The notes: a model not told the origin generated them from the sequence alone. 64,000 nt of DNA from Eledone cirrhosa (GCA_964016885.1 OZ024741.1:193998001-194062000), one strand, 5' to 3'. Numbered from the stretch's first letter, positions 40,183-57,126 are shown. Translations and numbers: made by a program.

Positions 40183-40980
40183 AGTTAAAACAATGAAATA
40201 AACAAAATCAAGTCATTAGAGATATAATTCACTGCTTTACGATCGTTTCTAGATGGTGATAATACATTGTATCTATACTCAGTTATTGATCTCTGTAAGT
40301 TTACAAACTATCAGATAGAGAGAATATTTACTTACAAGCATATCACCAGCTGTTTTCAAAAGCAATAATAATTTTACTCAGAATTAGTATCATGTCCATA
40401 TTTGGAGGTAGTTGAAGAACTAACGAATCAAATTGTTTTTTTCATATGGTGTTAAGATGAAAAGTAATACACTTTAGTTGAGGTCATGACCCTTTGAAAG
40501 GAATGGTTGAAAGGGTTTCAAAGGGGCATGACCTCAACTAAAGTATATTACTTTTCATCTTAACACCATATGAAAAAAACAATTTGATTCGTTAGTTCTT
40601 CAACTACCTCCAAATATGGACATGATACTAATTATGAGTAAAATTATTATTGAATAAAATTATTATTGCTTTTGAAAACAGCTGGTGATATGCATGTAAG
40701 TAAATATTCTTTCTATCTGATAGTTTGTAAACTTACATCGATCAATAACTGAGTATAGATACAATGTATTATCACCATCTAGAAACGATCGTAAAGCAGT
40801 GAAGTATATCTCTAATGACTTGACTTTTTATTTCATTGTTTTAACTTATATCATGACTCTGTTTTCCTTTTAATGTTTTATTGTTTTCTGAGATTTATCT
40901 TAACCTTCAACATTTTCAACATATGGATTACATTGAGTTCTTCATAGAGAATAGACCCCACAACTTACAGTGGATACCTC
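40181..40980. mobile_element. Non-coding fold-back element with a variant hammerhead-like motif (family C)
   Basis: Arms 40181-40499 / 40517-40850. CUGAGUA UAGAU..AUCUA GAAAC gauc GUA at 40749-40793. Confidence 0.7.
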
Positions 40981-40984
40981 TGTG

Positions 40985-41505
<521 letters not shown>

Positions 41506-41565
41506 AAGGCTCTGATACCATCAACACTATAGACACAGAGCTGGCATATCTAAGAACTGACTAAC

Positions 41566-41617
41566 TGCCTGATGAGGTCATAGCCATTCAATGGCTATCA
41601 TCGAAATATATATAGCA
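41566..41617 (+). ncRNA. Minimal type I hammerhead in a ~160-bp insert between microsatellites
   Basis: ugc CUGAUGA ggucAUAGCCAU uca AUGGCUAU cauc GAAAU auau AUA gca. Confidence 0.7.
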
Positions 41618-41660
41618 TTAAATAAAGGATCATGAGTTCATGCAATTGACTTATGTTTCG

Positions 41661-41715
<55 letters not shown>

Positions 41716-41778
41716 TAAAATAACAAATTTATCCTTATCGAGCCCTCTTTGGATTTTAGTCTTCAAATTTATTATTAT

Positions 41779-41844
<66 letters not shown>

Positions 41845-41846
<2 letters not shown>

Positions 41847-43240
41847 TCAGGTTATCAATAATGTAGTGATAATATATCGTTACGTTAGAGATGAACAGCG
41901 TACGTGCAGGTTTGCTCAACGGGTATAAATTATATTCCGGAGAAAATGTAGAAAGGATGAATGTAAAATGAAAGTGCTTTTTTTAAAAAAGGAATTTATT
42001 AGGTATTAACATATGTTTCTGTAACAGACGGAATACCTATGTATCGCTGCTTGCGTAATCATATAATGTTAGCAAGTATTCGATAGCAAATGTATAATCA
42101 GTTGTCACTTCTTCAGAGATTTTGGATAAATTGGATAAAATCAGAAAAATTGAAGTATTTATATTAGTAATAGAGGAAGAAAAAGAGGGGATAGTGTATG
42201 ACAAATGTTAATTCAATTTACTGCTAAACAAGTATATAATGGGTTTCTAATGAGAATACCATGAGTAAATGGTTCATTTTATCTAAATAAGAATTTTTGG
42301 GAGTGCCAATTTTAATCTCTACTTGACCAATTGGACAGTGGACAGAGCTGGTCATTTGGTGTAGTAGTATTAATTATAAAGTGTCAATTGGGGAAGGGGG
42401 AGATTTCGATTGCTACTGAATAACATCAATGCTAGTAGCCAGCTGGTATATGCATTAGGGAATTGAATTAAGAAATCAGAAATCTCATTTTATCTATAGC
42501 AGTTTATATTAAAAGGTAAATAATAGAAGAGTTGATAGAATTAAGACTAATAAAGAATGTTAATATCTATTTTGACAATCAAACGGAGATAGAGACAGGC
42601 GTTCAATCCTGGTAGTATTTATAATATGAAAATGTAGGTTTTAAGCGATGGTTACAGTATAACGATCGCTCTATTCTGTTATTTAATAAAATGTTTTTGG
42701 ATTTCATAATACAAAGTAATTCTACATTACATAATTTACAAAATTCCTGTCCATGGGATTATGGGGGGGCAGTCGCTATTATATCCCATTTTAGGTGAAA
42801 TTGTTGGTTATTTTCACGCAGCTGCCAAGCCTTGTCTGCGAGTGTTATTACATAACGCTGGTTTTCATGTTTTATCGAGTATCGATGTCTATAAAGGCGT
42901 GATTTGAAGGAGGTGGCTGTAGATCCCACATAGTACCACTTCTGTCTATCCGATTCGATAGTACATTTGTATACGATGTTGCGTTCAAGACACTGATTGT
43001 TCAACGGACACATTCCTGGTTGGACACAGTTGCAATTATAATTTTGCGTTGTTGTATTGTCATGGATGGGTTGATTAGGTTGCTTATGTAGGACAGGATG
43101 TTGTTTGTTGTTTTGTGATGTTATAGCTAATGTTTTACGTGTATTGTTATGTGTTGGAAGGCGTTTATACAACCGTTTTGCGTTAAGCTTTTTTATATGT
43201 TGTTCAATATTAGGGGCGGTTGAATATGAAAGTCGAATAT
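41845..43240 (-). mobile_element. Penelope-like element 3' part (GIY-YIG)
   Basis: RLSYSTAPNI..CNCx5CPL..NIVYKC..YVGST..W. Hammerhead-like CUGAAGA..GAAAC AUAU GUU at about 42003-42122. Confidence 0.85.
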
Positions 43241-44130
43241 TGCCAGAATTAATAACAGAACACACTCACTGTTTGGTGGGTTTTCGCTTCTCGCTGTCTT
43301 TTATATCTGCGATCTAACTTACTCGGTCCTCAATGTTGCCATTGACTGACCGGCGGTCAAAAATAATACAGATACAATATAGACACAAACACATATATAT
43401 AGTTTACATAATTTACATAAATCTTTCGTTGCACATCTGCAACATCGTCAGTGGTCTTATATTCATTGTTCCTCCTGTTGTGTTGTATGTCTACGCCATT
43501 TTTTATTCAGTCTGTATATATATTTCTTTATTTATTTGCTTGTTTGTTTATCTTATTTTATTTTGTCTTCTTTGCGCATGCGTTTGCGTCTGTGTATAGT
43601 GTTATGTGTGATGTGTGACTAGTGTGTATAGTGTTGTGTCTGCTGGGTGACTAGTGTGTGTTTATGTGCTTGTTGTTATTGTGCTTGTGTATGTATTTAT
43701 TTATCTTATTCTATTTTATTTTATTTACTTATTTATACTTCTCTTAGGTCAGTGTTGTTTGTTTGGGTGTTGTTGTTGTTCCACTCATTCTTTCTGTTTG
43801 GCTTTGGTCTTCTAATTTCTATTTCACTGGCCTCTCTGATTTGCCTATCTGCTGGGTCATTCCTATGTTTAGATATTATTCTAATTTCTATGTTGTCTAT
43901 GTTACCGTCATGTTGGGTCTAGCATGTTCGTATAGTACTGACCCGTTTTTTCGTCCTTTTAGTTCCCCCCAGTGTTGGTCTATCCTTTCACCTATGCTAC
44001 GAGCTGTCTCACCTATGTATGTTGTTGTCATGTTTCTGCAAGTACCCTCTGTACATCTTATGCTATAGACTACGTTTCTAGTTTTACAGTTTATCCGGGG
44101 GTTCGCCTTACATATGATACATTTCCTATT
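43236..44130 (-). mobile_element. Neptune-type Penelope-like 3' part
   Basis: Minus strand encodes SIRCTEGTC..YIGETARSIGERIDQH..RQIREA..EW. Hammerhead-like motif at 43415-43455. Confidence 0.8.
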
Positions 44131-44134
44131 GGTA

Positions 44135-45120
44135 CAGTGGGTTTTCTTAAAAGCTCCATAGACCTCATCATGTACTCTCGTTATGTAGACGATATCAATA
44201 TAATTATAAGAACACCCCCACTAGAGAGCACTAACAAGTTTGATTTAGAACGTAGCACGATGGAGGTAATGGTAGGTGGTCTGCCTCTTGCTGGTTTTGT
44301 AGACCAGGTACCTCCGTAAAAACACTTATTAGCGAGACATACCCTTTTCAAAGACTCCCCTGTATAGATAAGAAATGTATAACCTGTAAATTAAGCCCCC
44401 ATATTAACTGTAAAACTAGAAATGTAGTATATAGCATAAGATGTACTGAAGGACAATGTAGAGACAAAAATATAGTGTACATAGGTGAGACAGCTCGTAG
44501 TGTAGGGGAACGGATAAATGAACACTGGCGAGACCTTCAAGATAGTAGAGAATCATCTGTACTCTACCAACATGCTAAAATAGAACATAAGGGTAAATTA
44601 GAGAAGATAGAAATAAAAATAGAATCTACACACAGAAAAGACGCAATGTTTAGACAAATCACAGAGGCAATAAACATAAAAGAATTACAACCAAAATTAA
44701 ATAGAAAATATGAGTGGAACAGCAACATCACAACTTACAATTAAGGACAAAATTAAATCACACACGCACATAGAACAAACAACCAACCTGTAACATGTAA
44801 ATAGACAAATAAATAAACGAATATAAACACACACAGACACCCGGATGTGGCGCATGCGCAAACTGAGCACACAACACACACACAGAAACAAAATGGCGTA
44901 GGACAGAACAAAGGCGATGCACAAAAACAAAGAAAAGAATCCCCAGTCACTGAAGAGGTCACAGAATGTGTGACGAAAGAACGTTGACAATATATAAACA
45001 ACCATCTGGTTGTGGAACTAACCAAGCAACCGGAAATTTATAAATTCCTAAATTTATAAATTTATTTTAATAAATTGAAGTTAAAGCAACTGGTGCGTGT
45101 GTTTCTTATTGGCAACATGA
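44135..45120 (+). mobile_element. Neptune-type Penelope-like fragment (RT scrap + GIY-YIG)
   Basis: YSRYVDDINII, then CITC..NCKTRNVVYSIRC..C..YIGETARSVGERINEH. guca CUGAAGA g GUCAC..GUGAC GAAA..ugac at 44946-44988. Confidence 0.85.
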
Positions 45121-45134
45121 CCCTCCCAAAGTAT

Positions 45135-45265
<131 letters not shown>

Positions 45266-45425
45266 TGCAAAAGTTCTATTTAAATTGTTGGGATACAACA
45301 AGCAAATATTTTTATAATGAAATAAATATAGTTTCCATTTGTTAATATCGTATATACATATATATATATATATATATACATATATATACATATATATAGA
45401 GAGATATATATATACATATTTATAC

Positions 45426-45474
<49 letters not shown>

Positions 45475-45566
45475 CATATATATATATCTACATATATATA
45501 TATATATATACATATATATATACATATATATATATATGTACATATATATATATATACATATATACA

Positions 45567-45646
<80 letters not shown>

Positions 45647-45660
45647 CATATATATATACA

Positions 45661-45989
45661 TAGTGGCTGCCAACTCGTTTTCGAGTACGGCCACTACTTT
45701 ATATCCATGTAGGAGAACCCCTACCGATGCGCTGAACGAGTGTGACTTTTTAGTCCAGCCAGCGACTTGAAAACTCTGGTACAAACACTACACTTGTGAC
45801 AATTATTGACACAAAGTGCTGGGCCCATGGTACCATGTGACGACAAGTGCAGAATATCTCCAGATATAAAGCAATGCCTGTGCCGTGAAGCTTTTATAGT
45901 GAGCAAAGGCACTGCACAAAGCCAGTCCCACTCTCTTAACCAAGATGATATTTACCAAAAAGAAGAACAAGTCAACATCATTGGATACC
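45661..45989 (-). mobile_element. Second copy of the C2H2-tailed LINE derivative
   Basis: Reverse complement of about 19575-19907. Confidence 0.75.
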
Positions 45990-46428
45990 ATATATATATA
46001 CATACATACATATATATATACATACATATATATACACATACATATATATATATATACACATATATATATATATACACATACATATATATATATATATACA
46101 TACTGTATATATATATATACATACATATATATATATATATACATACATATATATATATACATACATACATATATATACATATATATATATATATACATAC
46201 ATATATATATACATATATATATATACATACATACATATATATACATATATATATATATATACATATATATATACATATATATATATACATATATATATAC
46301 ATATATATATATACATATATATATATACATACATATATATATATACATATATATATATACATATATATATATACATACATATATATATATATATACATAC
46401 ATATACATACATATATATATATACATAC

Positions 46429-46459
<31 letters not shown>

Positions 46460-46486
46460 CATATATATACATATATATATATATAC

Positions 46487-46531
<45 letters not shown>

Positions 46532-46560
46532 CATATATATATATATACATATATATATAC

Positions 46561-46631
<71 letters not shown>

Positions 46632-46747
46632 CATATATATACATATATATATATACATACATATATATATATATACATATATAAATATATATATATACAT
46701 GTATATATATACATATATATATATATACATATATATATACACATATA
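45990..46747. repeat. (TA)n/(CATA)n compound microsatellite
   Basis: Direct reading. Confidence 0.97.
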
Positions 46748-47500
46748 TCGGAGGTATATGGTCTTTAAAGCGATGAAATGCCTATGATGGTTGGAAGACA
46801 ACTGATGAAGGACAAACTTTTTTCATATGTAACCCATTTGCAACTCCGCAGCGTCCTTATTATCATATTTACACATATTTTCTCCTCTGCTGCTACCCGT
46901 CTATTTCGTTCTATGTATCTTAACCCTTTCTAGCAGTCTCTCTCTCTTTGTTAGCCTCTTCCTCACCCTTCACTCACTTATTCTCTGTCACTACCTCTCC
47001 TCCTCCTCTTTCTTCCCGTTTGACCTGTGTGTAATTCTTTTCTCGCGCGCTCTTGACCAAGCTGGTATGAATTTTTTTTCTCTCTCTCTCTCTCTCGTCT
47101 ACGATTTCACAGAACTTATGTTTACCGAATTCGCAGACCAGACCCCCTTCTTCCTCCCGTTAGACCTGTGCGAAATTCCTTCCTTGCTCACATTTCAACC
47201 AGGTTTGATGGTCTTTATTCTCTCGTTCACGATTTCACCGAATTTAAATTCATAGAAATCTCGGACTTGTCTCTTTCTTCATCACTTTCTGTTGCTTAAA
47301 CCATTTTGTTTGTTTACCCTCGCGTCCCCTTTATTTACGTGTCCCAACAACTTTTTTTAGCCGTTGCTCGCACCAACCGGAGGTATATGGTCTTTAAAGC
47401 GATGAAATGCCTATGATGGTTGGAAGACCACTGATGAAGGACAAACTTTTTTCATATGTAACCCATTTGCAACTCCGCAGCGTCCTTATTATCATATTTA
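46748..47500. mobile_element. Non-coding element with ~120-bp direct terminal repeats (period 629)
   Basis: 46748-46871 is nearly identical to 47378-47500. Both contain CTGATGA and the element is flanked by (TA)n. Confidence 0.6.
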
Positions 47501-47593
47501 TACATATATATATATACATATATATACATATCTATATATATATACATATATATATATACACATATATATATATATACATATATATACATATAC

Positions 47594-47625
<32 letters not shown>

Positions 47626-47635
47626 ATACATATAC

Positions 47636-47684
<49 letters not shown>

Positions 47685-47687
47685 CAT

Positions 47688-48422
47688 ATTTTTTCCATCC
47701 ACTGAATTATTTTTATATGAGTTCCTTGTGTCTACGCATTGCCTGGGAACTTAGCTGAGAATAGACTCCCTGATGACGTAAGGATTTCTCTATAGTTGCG
47801 TTGCGTAACTATATTTATTCCCTTACAGAAACTAATTAATTGGAGTGAAAATTTTAGTAAGTTAATTTTAATAATTTTCTTATTTTACGTCTTTCATATC
47901 ATTGTTCTGCATCCCCTTGCATAGAACCACAAAGTTACTAAGACATAACATATATATTTGCTAGCATAGGTATACATCTGTATACATATGTTGGTAGATA
48001 TACTAATTCTTTATATTTATCTCCAAATTATTTGTTGAGCAAAACTTGCCGAAATTACTGCTATGGTTCATGGTAGTAGTTAGGCTCTTGTCTTATTACC
48101 ACCCCACTTCTCACTGATTAACCTCAATGTCACGTGATTGATTCTTTCGAATTTGCCACTGACCAAGAAGGCTGTGAATTTTTTCAGTGTCCTGGAATCT
48201 AGTCCCCGCTCGCTTTTTTCCATCCACTGAATTATTTTTATATGAGTTCCTTGTGTCCACGCATTGCCTGGGAACTTAGCTGAGAATAGACTCCCTGATG
48301 ACGTAAGGATTTCTCTATAGTTGCGTTGCGTAACTATATTTATTCCCTTACAGAAACTAATTAGTTGGAGTAAAAATTTTAGTAAGTTAATTTTAATAAT
48401 TTTCTTATTTTACGTCTTTCAT
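47688..48422 (+). mobile_element. Family A hammerhead element as a 1.4-mer tandem (period 525)
   Basis: Hammerheads at 47765-47846 and 48290-48371: acucc CUGAUGA cGUAAGG..CCUUACa GAAAC uaauua GUU ggagu (the first copy has AUU at the cleavage triplet). Confidence 0.85.
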
Positions 48423-48472
48423 ATATATACAAATATATATATACATATATATATATATACATATATATATAC

Positions 48473-48505
<33 letters not shown>

Positions 48506-48518
48506 CATATATATATAC

Positions 48519-48549
<31 letters not shown>

Positions 48550-48562
48550 CATATATATATAC

Positions 48563-48601
<39 letters not shown>

Positions 48602-48604
48602 CAT

Positions 48605-50703
48605 AGTAATAATAATAAATTGGAAGACTAAAATCCAAAGAGGGCTCGATAAGGATAAATATATATCAAATATATAAGAACCGTAGAGCAAATATTTATT
48701 AAAATAACAGATTAAAATTTAAGCAAAAAATCGCTGCTTTCACCCTTAACGGGATCTTCTGAAAATAACAAAGTCAATCTGTGAACGCAGACGTTACCCT
48801 CAATTTATCGAATAGCTTGTATTACCCGTATAGAAAGCCGAAAGATACGCTTAACTACATAAGTAAGCATTCTAACCATCCTGCCAGCATAACCAAGAAC
48901 CTGGTAAGAAACGTTTCTTTGAGGCTTTCCCGTCTATCTACTAACGCGCATATTTTCAATGACCATTCCACATATTACAATGAAGTGAAGCTCTTGCTCG
49001 GAGTGGATTTGTCGATAAGGTAGCTTATACAGAGTACGAGAATAGACCTAGAAGAAATAGATCCCTACGCATTATATGGTATAATCCACCATATAATATG
49101 GAGGTGGCCACACCATTAGCTAAGATCTTTCTATCCCTTATTACGAAGCATTTTCCCCCAACACATAAATATAGTAAAATTTTTAATAGAAATATTATTA
49201 AAATTTCTTACTCTACGACTCCTACCTAACCTTGCACATAACATCACAGCTTCAAATTTAGCTAAACTACCTAGCCATAGGAACACGTGCAACCCTGTAG
49301 TTAGTACTAACTGTAATTGTAGGAATCGGGTTGATTGCCCCCTATCCGGGAAATGCCTCTCTAGTAATATTGTCTACAAATGTAAGGTTGAAACACCCAC
49401 GTCCCGTAGGGCCTACATAGGGTTAACCGCCAATAGATTCAAGCAGCATCTTTACATGCATACCCATTCTTTTCGTTACCCTCTAAGAAGGAATATGACG
49501 TCACTTTCAGCTTATATCTGGAGTCTAAAAGACAACCACACCCAATATAAGTTACACTGGGAGATCCTAGCTAGGGCTAGATCGTATAACGGAAATAAAA
49601 GACCATGTGACCTCTACGCCGCTGAGGCCCTGGAAATACTCTACACCACAGACCACATCTTAAACAAAAAATGTGAGGCAATTTCAGCTTGTAAACATAA
49701 ATTGCACAAAACTTTCCTGTATTACAGCCCCACATTATACCCTAACGGATAGTACGATCTATACGCGGATATTTACGTCTCGATGTGGTAGCTAAGTATA
49801 TGTTATGTTTAAACCATTACTTATTTGCATAGGTAAGTATATATTACCTGTATGTTTTGTGAAGGTACGTATACTTTCTCGTACGTATATTTGATTGTAT
49901 ATGTTATGGCGTATATTATTTTTTTGTATATTCTGGTACATATGCTTTTGGTTACGTGTATACGCGAGGTTTGCGTCTGTGTGAGTATGCCGGTTCGTAC
50001 GTATGTAGGGTGTGTGTATATGTGTACTTCGTGTTTTGGTTGACGTACGTCTCCGAACATGTGTGTATTTACATGTAGGTATGTGTGCGCTTGTTATATA
50101 CGTATTTATTTATATACGTTTATTTCATTATTTCTATACCTATGGCGAGTGTTTTCGTGTATGCTTGTGTTTGTACGTATATGGATGCGTGTATGTATTT
50201 ATTTAATTACAATTACCTCCGTATTTTTTTACTTTATTCTTAACTCTGAAGCTGAGAATCACTCGGTTTCCTAGTTAGAATTTTAGTCTACGACTTCAGC
50301 TATACCATTTACGTGGTTTCGTCTATGCGTGCAATTGTTCTCCACGCTCCACATATGACGTATTATCTTCGTTTTTTCCGTTCATTGCCAGAGAACGTCT
50401 CTATGAACCACCTAAGAGAATATTAGTCTACGACTTCTTTTATACCTAAATGTGGTTTTGTCTTTGCGTGTAATGTTTGTCACCGCTCCAAATAATGACG
50501 TATAATATTCGTTTTTTCCCGTTCTTTGCCAGGGAACGTTTCTACGAACCAAAGTATCGTCTTCCTCTCTTCCTCCGGTTGCAACGTTTTTTGAAATATT
50601 CACTTCTGCGTTCACAGATTGACTTTGTTAGTTTCAGAAGATCCCGTTAAGGGTGAAAGCAGCGATTCTTTGCTTAAACTTTAATCTATTATTTTAATAA
50701 ATA
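48605..50703 (+). mobile_element. 5'-truncated Penelope-like element with an inverted terminal repeat at its 5' end
   Basis: 48693-48791 is the reverse complement of 50604-50703. Coding: DVTLNL..YRKP..SNHP..WYNPPY..CNCx5CPLSGKC..YIG..CKH. The hammerhead core has decayed to CAGAAGA. Confidence 0.9.
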
Positions 50704-50722
50704 TATATATACACATATATAC

Positions 50723-51630
50723 ATCGATTATGCGACCTTGAGCTGTTCCACATCTTCAGTTCAAAGAATAAGTTACTCAACAATAAAATCGAAAGATCAA
50801 TTTATTGTAACCACAGACTCAGAGAAGTTTTCTCACAAGTGCAAATCGAACCCTTAATCTCTGACTACCAACTGACAAACTGCATATACTTAGACTTTAT
50901 ACCCTCTTGTTGTATCTAAACCCTTTTAATTACCCACAAAAACCAATACCTATATCCCCTTCATTCCTCTTCTATTTCTTCGTTTTCTTCCTTCCTTCCT
51001 TCCCTTTTTGGCTATCTTTTCTTTTTTCTCCCCTTTCTTTGCTTTTATTTTTGTCATTATTATCTTCATCTTTATTTTTTAATCTCTTTATATCCCCCCC
51101 CCCTCTCTCTCTATCCATCTCTCCCACTATGATCAATTTAATTCTCTTTAACTCACTACATTCCACATGAAGTCTGCATATCAAAACTGATCAAGGAATC
51201 CTTCCACCTCTACCCCTCCCTCCATCTCAGTTTGTCATTCTACTTCCTAACTCTTCCCCCTTCCTCTCTCTCTATACTAGTAAATACAATTCCAAATAAA
51301 TGTTTTTCTCTATATATTAAGAATTATTTCAAGAGTAACTTACTCACTATTTTGAAAATTTGGACGTGAACAACAATTATAATTGAGTGGCTGCTATTTG
51401 CGGTATAGCAATATAAGGTTGCACTTACCAATGAAACGGTCGTAAATACCTGGATAAAATCCTTCTCTTAATGCTTACCTGTGTTTTCTCTTTTATACTT
51501 TATACTCCAAGATTGAACGGAATTCTTACAAACTTGTGGAGTTACCCCTATCCGTACATTGAAACCATCCATGAAATTGGCTTTCTTAACCACGAACTGG
51601 ATCACAAAAAGCAATTTTCTGCTTCCCAAA
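50723..51630 (+). mobile_element. Penelope-like extreme 3' fragment
   Basis: RLCDLELFHIF..LLNNKIE..CNH matches the endonuclease C-terminus of the other copies. GAAAC ggtc GTA remnant near 51432. Confidence 0.65.
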
Positions 51631-51631
51631 C

Positions 51632-54506
<2,875 letters not shown>

Positions 54507-54790
54507 ATCATCATCATCATCATCATCATCAACGTTTAACGTCCGTGTTCCACGCTTGCATGGGTTTGGACAGGGGTAGTCCCACTTGAGGCAAGAGTGA
54601 TTGTCTTGCTCGCATAGGACTGTCTGGCAGGTTTTCTACAGTTGGATGCCCTTCCTAACACCAACCACATTTACAGTGTGGGTCTGGGAGGTTTTTACCG
54701 TGTTGCCTACATGGCCACATTACAGCGTGGACTGTGTGTTTTTTTGTCGTGACACCTACACGATCTCATTTGTTTCGGCCTGGATGGCGC
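54507..54790 (-). mobile_element. SINE 3' half
   Basis: Reverse complement of the 12662-12965 family. Confidence 0.75.
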
Positions 54791-54859
54791 GGCACCAACA
54801 TAACTTTACATAGAACGGGGTGGTGGTGGTGGTGGTGGGACGGGGTGTATTTTGTTAGA

Positions 54860-55443
54860 GATGCCTACTGGCTGTAGTAGGTTTTACTATGTATTTAGGT
54901 AAGGCGGGTCTTCTCTGTTACTGAGTACCGCCAAAGGTCTTGGTCCAGTGACATTGTCTTGGAGAGGTGTAAGTGTGTGAGGTCGGAGTTTATCAGCTCG
55001 TCCCAGGTTTTTCTAGGTCTGCCTATTCCGTGGCTACCGTCTATCTTTATTTCCCTGCACTTTGTTATACAGCTATCGACTTTCATGCGCATCACGTGTC
55101 CATACCAACGTAGCCTTCTCTCGAGTAAACAACATCTGATCCCTCTTATTTCTAATTTTTTCCTTAGTTCGTTTATGCTTTGCCGTTCACGTATATTACT
55201 GTTACACATCCAGCGGAGCATGCAAGCTTCGTTCCTCTCTAGTCTGCGTATATCCTCTGCACACAATGCCCAGGTCTCACTGCCATGCAACATTGCTGTT
55301 CGTATGCAGGCATCGTACAACCTGCCTTTCATTTTTAGGGAGAACCCTTTAGCAGCTAATAGTGGTATAAGCTCTCTGAACTTTTTCCAACCAGTTCTGA
55401 CTCTAGCTACTGTACTTTCAGAGCACCCTCCCCCACTGCTGAT
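54860..55443 (-). mobile_element. RTE LINE 3' fragment, same subfamily as 9158-10092
   Basis: [48 protein letters not shown]. Confidence 0.9.
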
Positions 55444-55751
55444 TTTATATATATACACATATATATATACACACATATATATATACACACACATATATAT
55501 ATATACACATATATATATATATACACACACACACATATATACACACACACACATATATATACACATATATATATATACACATATATATATATACACATAT
55601 ATATACACACATATATATATATATACACATCCATATATATATATACACATCCATATATATATATATATACACACACATATATATATATACACACATATAT
55701 ATATATATACACACATATATATATATATACACACATATATATATATATACA

Positions 55752-56735
55752 CTAGCATTAAAGCCCGGCGTTGCTCGGGGTCAGTAAGTTACCAAAGTTA
55801 GGTTGCACCACCCATTTTATGGCAGCACTTTTTTGTCTGCCAGGCACTGGGTGAATGAATTGCAGACCTGGACAGCCGAAGCAGGAGCTGCGCTAGCAGT
55901 GACAATTGTAGTTTCGCCTATGGATATTATCTCTGTGCAAAGTGTTGAAATTTGTTTCACAGTACTTGCGCAACATGCGTGTAGACGATGCCAGCCGAAC
56001 AGAGCTGCAATGGAGTTGTTCTGCATGGTTGTCTCGTGTGTTTTCTAAATTTAAGACAGTAGGGAGTGGTGTGATAGGGGGGAGAGTTAGCTGCTGTTTC
56101 TAGCAGGTTTAGTGACCTCATAGAGGATGTTTTCTAAATTTAAGACAGTAGGGAGTGGTGTGATATGGGGGAGAGTTACCTGCTGTTTCTAGCAGGATTA
56201 GTGACCTCATAGAGGATATGTTTTCTAAATTTAAAACAGTAGGGAGTGGTGTGATATGGGGGAGAGTTAGCTGCTGTTCTTTCTTCCACGTTCGTTGAAG
56301 TTTTAAAAAAGATTTATCGCTACTTTTTTGTTGTTGAATAAATTTATCTGTTGCTTTTGAATAATTGTTTCGAAATGTAATAAGTTCTCTTTGTCATTGA
56401 AGTAAATAAATGTTTGACCGTTCCACACTCAAAAACAAATGTTCTCTCTCTCTTCGGCGTTCCTAAAGGAAGTTTGTAAGCATGTATGTAGTTTTATTGA
56501 ATTTTAAGGGGAGTAGAGAGAGGTTATCAGATTCTATTAAAGTGTCATGTATTTAGTTTTATCGATTATTTCCATAATTGTGGGTGAGTTTGAATGAAAT
56601 AAATAGTCGTTGACCTAAGACCATTTACAACATTCTTCCAAACTTTGAGTCGAATCGGTTTGAAATTGTGCAAATGTATAAACATGGAACATGTGCACAC
56701 ACGCAACAACAACAATCTGCCTTTTATAGATAATG
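55752..56735 (-). mobile_element. Non-autonomous Helitron-like element
   Basis: Minus-strand 3' end cccgagcaacgccggg (hairpin)..CTAG|T. 5' end tctataaaaggcag..(gtt)n..aaccgattcgactcaaagtttgg. Contains an internal tandem repeat. Confidence 0.7.
56040..56278. repeat. ~90-bp tandem repeat, 2.7 copies
   Basis: ttttctaaatttaagacagtagggagtggtgtgata.. at about 56041, 56129 and 56221. Confidence 0.9.
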
Positions 56736-57126
56736 ATGATGATATATGATATATATACATATATATATACATATACATATATGTATATTAAATTAGAAAT
56801 ATAAGCTATCGCCATATTTTGACTAAAGAAGTTAAAGAAATTATTTAGCCTGATATTTAGCTTATATTTCTAATTTCAAACTCCCTCGCTGTTTCGAAAA
56901 TATTCTTACATATATATATATATATCTAGGGTAGGTAAAATTCCCTAGATCAATGGACAAGTTCTCTGCAGCGGTCTCTGTCGCTCATTATCGCTGCCAT
57001 ATTCAGCATTTCCAAGAGACCAGTATGTCAACCTCGGTCTTCCTCTTCCAGTGTGTCCATGCAGGGGCGCCCACAGGTGCACTGAGTACAGTGTCAACTC
57101 TGGATGTGCTATACATATATGTATTT

